Origin: the human T2T-CHM13v2.0 reference genome, Homo sapiens
Strand: one strand, 5' to 3'
Assembly (NCBI RefSeq): GCF_009914755.1
Contig: NC_060927.1
Length of the DNA: 64,000 nt
Of this stretch, positions 59,500-64,000 are shown piece by piece. The notes under the pieces were generated by a model that saw only the letters and a list, made by a program, of their open reading frames with translations, did not search any database and was not told the DNA's origin. Made by a program: the position numbers and the translations under genes. The stretch's first letter is position 1, and each line of letters opens with the position of its first letter.

Positions 59500-60066
59500 T
59501 TACAGTTCATCCTTAATACATTGTCAACGTGATTTCTAAATCAGTGTTTAATTTGGTTAGTGTGTATCAGTATGTCGAGCTTACAGTTCACCCTTAATAC
59601 ATTGTCAGCGTGATTTCTAAATCAGTGTTTAATTTGGTTAGTGTGTATCAGTATGTCGAGCTTACAGTTCACCCTTAATACATTGTCAACGTGATTTCTA
59701 AATCAGTGTTTAATTTGGTTAGTGTGTATCAGTATGTCGAGCTTACAGTTCACCCTTAATACATTGTCAACGTGATTTCTAAATCAGTGTTTAATTTGGT
59801 TGGTGTGTATCAGTATGTCGAGCTTACACTTCACCCTTAATACACTGTCAACGTGATTTCTAAATCAGTGTTTAAGTTGGTTAGTGTGTATCAGTATGTC
59901 GAGCTTACAGTTCACCCTTAATACATTGTCAACGTGATTTCTAAATCAGTGTTTAATTTGGTTAGTGTGTATCAGTATGTCAAGCTTACAGTTCACCCTT
60001 AATACATTGTCAACTTGATTTCTAAATCAGTGTTTAATTTGGTTAGTGTGTATCAGTATGTCGAGC
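59500..60066. repeat. Minisatellite/VNTR, 7 x 81 bp
   Basis: Unit TTACAGTTCACCCTTAATACATTGTCAACGTGATTTCTAAATCAGTGTTTAATTTGGTTAGTGTGTATCAGTATGTCGAGC starts at 59500, 59581, 59662, 59743, 59824, 59905 and 59986. Confidence 0.97.
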
Positions 60067-60555
60067 CTTACTTGAATTTCTGCACTTGAAAAACTAAGGA
60101 TCAGTGTCCAGAACTCAATCTACCTGATGGAACTGCCACACTGAGACTTCCAAACAGTGATCAGCCAATCTCCCCCTGTGACTTCTGTGGCTGGTCCCTT
60201 TTCTAACTACAACTAAAGGAACTGTAAAGAATCTCATTCATTTAAAGAGACCAGCCACAGTAGGAAGCCACACTTACCAGTACTGCAATACAATAGGAAA
60301 ATAACTTCATACAGATTTCATAGAAAAAGAAGCACACTGACTTAAAGAGAGACATGCAGTTTTAGCACCTGAACTGTTCATCATAGAACAATGAATGTTA
60401 AGGGTTAGATCTCAAAGTTCATCTCATCCAATCCCTTAGTTTTAAAGGTGGCAAGAGAGGCATGGAAGATTAGATTATTTACTCAAAATACAGCTGGGAC
60501 TTCTGGGCTAAGCTCTTTCCACTATGATAACTCCCTATTTCATAATTGCGCACAT

Positions 60556-60870
<315 letters not shown>

Positions 60871-61039
60871 CCTACACTCTTAATCTTCTTGCAGCTATTG
60901 AAACTTCATATTCTTATTCTATGCAATGATAGGTAAATTTTAAAATGAAATTATGTTTGCTAAGAAATAAGAAGACATCCTACAAAACTTTCTCCCTTTT
61001 ATTGTGAGCAATAGGTATTTAATCAATTCCTACCTAGAT

Positions 61040-61965
<926 letters not shown>

Positions 61966-63425
61966 TAATGCATTTGGCAACTTGACCATTATGTCTACAG
62001 ATAATCAAAGGCTATGTCTAATGTGGTCCAGATCAAGGTTAAATCATTTCCCTGACATACTGGATCTTCCAATGAATTCCATTAAGAAGGGCAATATACT
62101 AAGCCACTAATATATTTCTACTCCCCAAAATTCTCCTTTAGTGCTGCTGTCAATAAAACAAAAAAGAATGTGTTTAAAAATTAGAAGATGACCAATTGCT
62201 TTCATTTTAAAGGAATGTCTAAATTGCATTTAAAAAATCGAAGCAATCCAGAATGTACTGACAAATACTATTTATTGAGCATTAAACTTTCAATTCTTTT
62301 GATGATAATCCTGACATGTTCTCCCATATAGCATTCTGAGAAATTGCTGCAAAACAAGAATCTGAGAATCTAAGAGGTGTGTGTGTGTGTATGTGTGTGT
62401 GTCTTTATGAGCAGTCATGACCAAGAACCTGATGACAAACACCTTAACCTATTCCATATCAGTATTACACACATCTTTTGACTTTTTTTCTAACAATCAT
62501 GATAGATTTAATCTGAAATATCTTCATTCTATTTCCTCATCCTTTTTGTAAACAAAGACAAACATGAAAGAAATGCTAGCTGAGACTAGCACTGCAGATG
62601 GTCACTACAACTGATCAAAAGTTGCACATCTCCAGGAATACCACATACCCTGAAGATGGATTATAGTGTATCACTACTCTGGCCTCTTGTCCTGGAGTTG
62701 TGCAATATTCACCTCTGGGTCTGTTTAGAACCATGCTGAATTGAAACTGAAATCAGTAATCTTTCTTCTTAGAAAAAAATAACTCAAGATTACTAAGTTA
62801 ATCAATTCTAATGAGATATGAACTGATTTAAATTAAAATAATATCCTCAAAACATTTATCAGTCACTAAAAGGTGGAGACAGTGTTAGACATAAAATTAT
62901 CCCAAAATGACTGTATATAATAGGGTCACAGTTCCCCATCCCTAAATCCTTGTTTAGTTAGCAGGTTTTCTGGTGAAGGACATAAAACTGGATACCATGA
63001 TGATCTTACAGCACCCTCAAGTGGATTAGACTGACAATGTTTTTTTTCTTGAAGAAAGGTGTTGGTCTGTGATATGAAAAAGAAATAGAAGCTGGGAGAA
63101 TCTTTTCAAACAAAAACCATGGGAATGAATGAAGATGTGCCAACTCTTATCAGAAGGGCTTGCAGTTTGAATTATTCCTCTAACAACAGGGATAGACATT
63201 TGGCTGAGTTTGCCATATTTTCCATTTAGTATTCCTCACTCTTCCTTGAGTCACTTCAGGACAGCTTTGAATAGAGTGTTAAACACAGATGGCTACCTTA
63301 TATGGTAGCAAATTTGTAATCTAAACCTTTTACACCATGTGCTTAGGAATGAAATCAAGGGGCCCCATTATGGGAAAAAAAAGAGTTCAAGGCGATCTTT
63401 AGATAATAACATAATAACGGACATT

Positions 63426-63479
63426 TGTATTAGTCAGAGTTCACCAGAGAAACAGATAACAGGAGATACACATACACAT

Positions 63480-63515
<36 letters not shown>

Positions 63516-63770
63516 GATGAAGACTTAGCTCATACAGTTATAGAGGATTATGGAGGCTGAGAAGTCTTGGGATCAGCCATCTGCAAGCTGGAGACCCAGG
63601 AAGGCTGCTGGCATAATGTAGTCTGAGTCCAAAGGCCAAGGAGAGCCAATGATATAAATCCTACTCTGAGGGCAAAAGAAGATGAAATGAGATGTCCCAG
63701 CTCAAACAGTGGGGCCAAAAAGGGGCACATTTTCCCTACTTTTGCCTTTTATTCTATTCAGGCCCTGAAT
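63426..63770 (-). mobile_element. MLT2 LTR
   Basis: TGTATTAGTCAGAGTTC...GGAGGCTGAGAAGTC...CTGCAAGCTGGAGACCCAGG; (CA)-rich. Confidence 0.8.
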
Positions 63771-63782
63771 TGATATATATAT

Positions 63783-64000
63783 ATTTTTTGAGACAGGGTC
63801 TCACTCTGTCGCCCAGGCTGGGAAAGGCTCACTGCAGCCTCAACCTCCCAGGCTCAGACGATCCTCCCACCTCAGCCTCCTGGGTAGCTGGAACTACAGG
63901 CATGTGACACCACACCTGGCTAATTTTTGTATTTTTGGTGGAGACAGGGTTTTGCCATGTTGCCAGTGCTGGTCTCAAACTCCTGGGCTCAAGCAATCCG
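63783..64000 (-). mobile_element. AluJ (runs off the window)
   Basis: GAGACAGGGTCTCACTCTG, GCTCACTGCAGCCTC, CTGGGCTCAAGCAATCC. Confidence 0.9.

Noticed and set aside
59500-60066. CRISPR-like array or coding repeat (81 bp = 27 codons)
   Set aside because: Units are head-to-tail with no unique spacers, there are no cas genes, the context is mammalian, and no ORF spans the array

Overview
Repeat-dominated primate genomic DNA with no intact protein-coding gene that I can support. It is almost certainly human, because it carries an AluYg6-type element. The window holds nested and rearranged L1s, about ten Alus, several solo LTRs (MER52-like, MaLR, MLT2, MER9/HML-3), a decayed class III (HERV-S/HERVL32-like) provirus, DNA transposons (MER5A, MER58, MER1A, an expanded MADE1), U8 and U6 small-RNA retrocopies, an intron-containing 3'-truncated PSMG3 copy, and a 7 x 81 bp minisatellite. 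I found no convincing new biological system. The most unusual signals are structural: the PSMG3 insertion lacking poly(A) and TSD, two tandem L1 5' halves capped by a younger L1 tail, a class I-like segment inside the class III provirus, a U8 copy that appears to keep precursor 3' extension, and a micro twin-primed L1. Subfamily names come from recalled consensus sequences and need RepeatMasker/Dfam confirmation.
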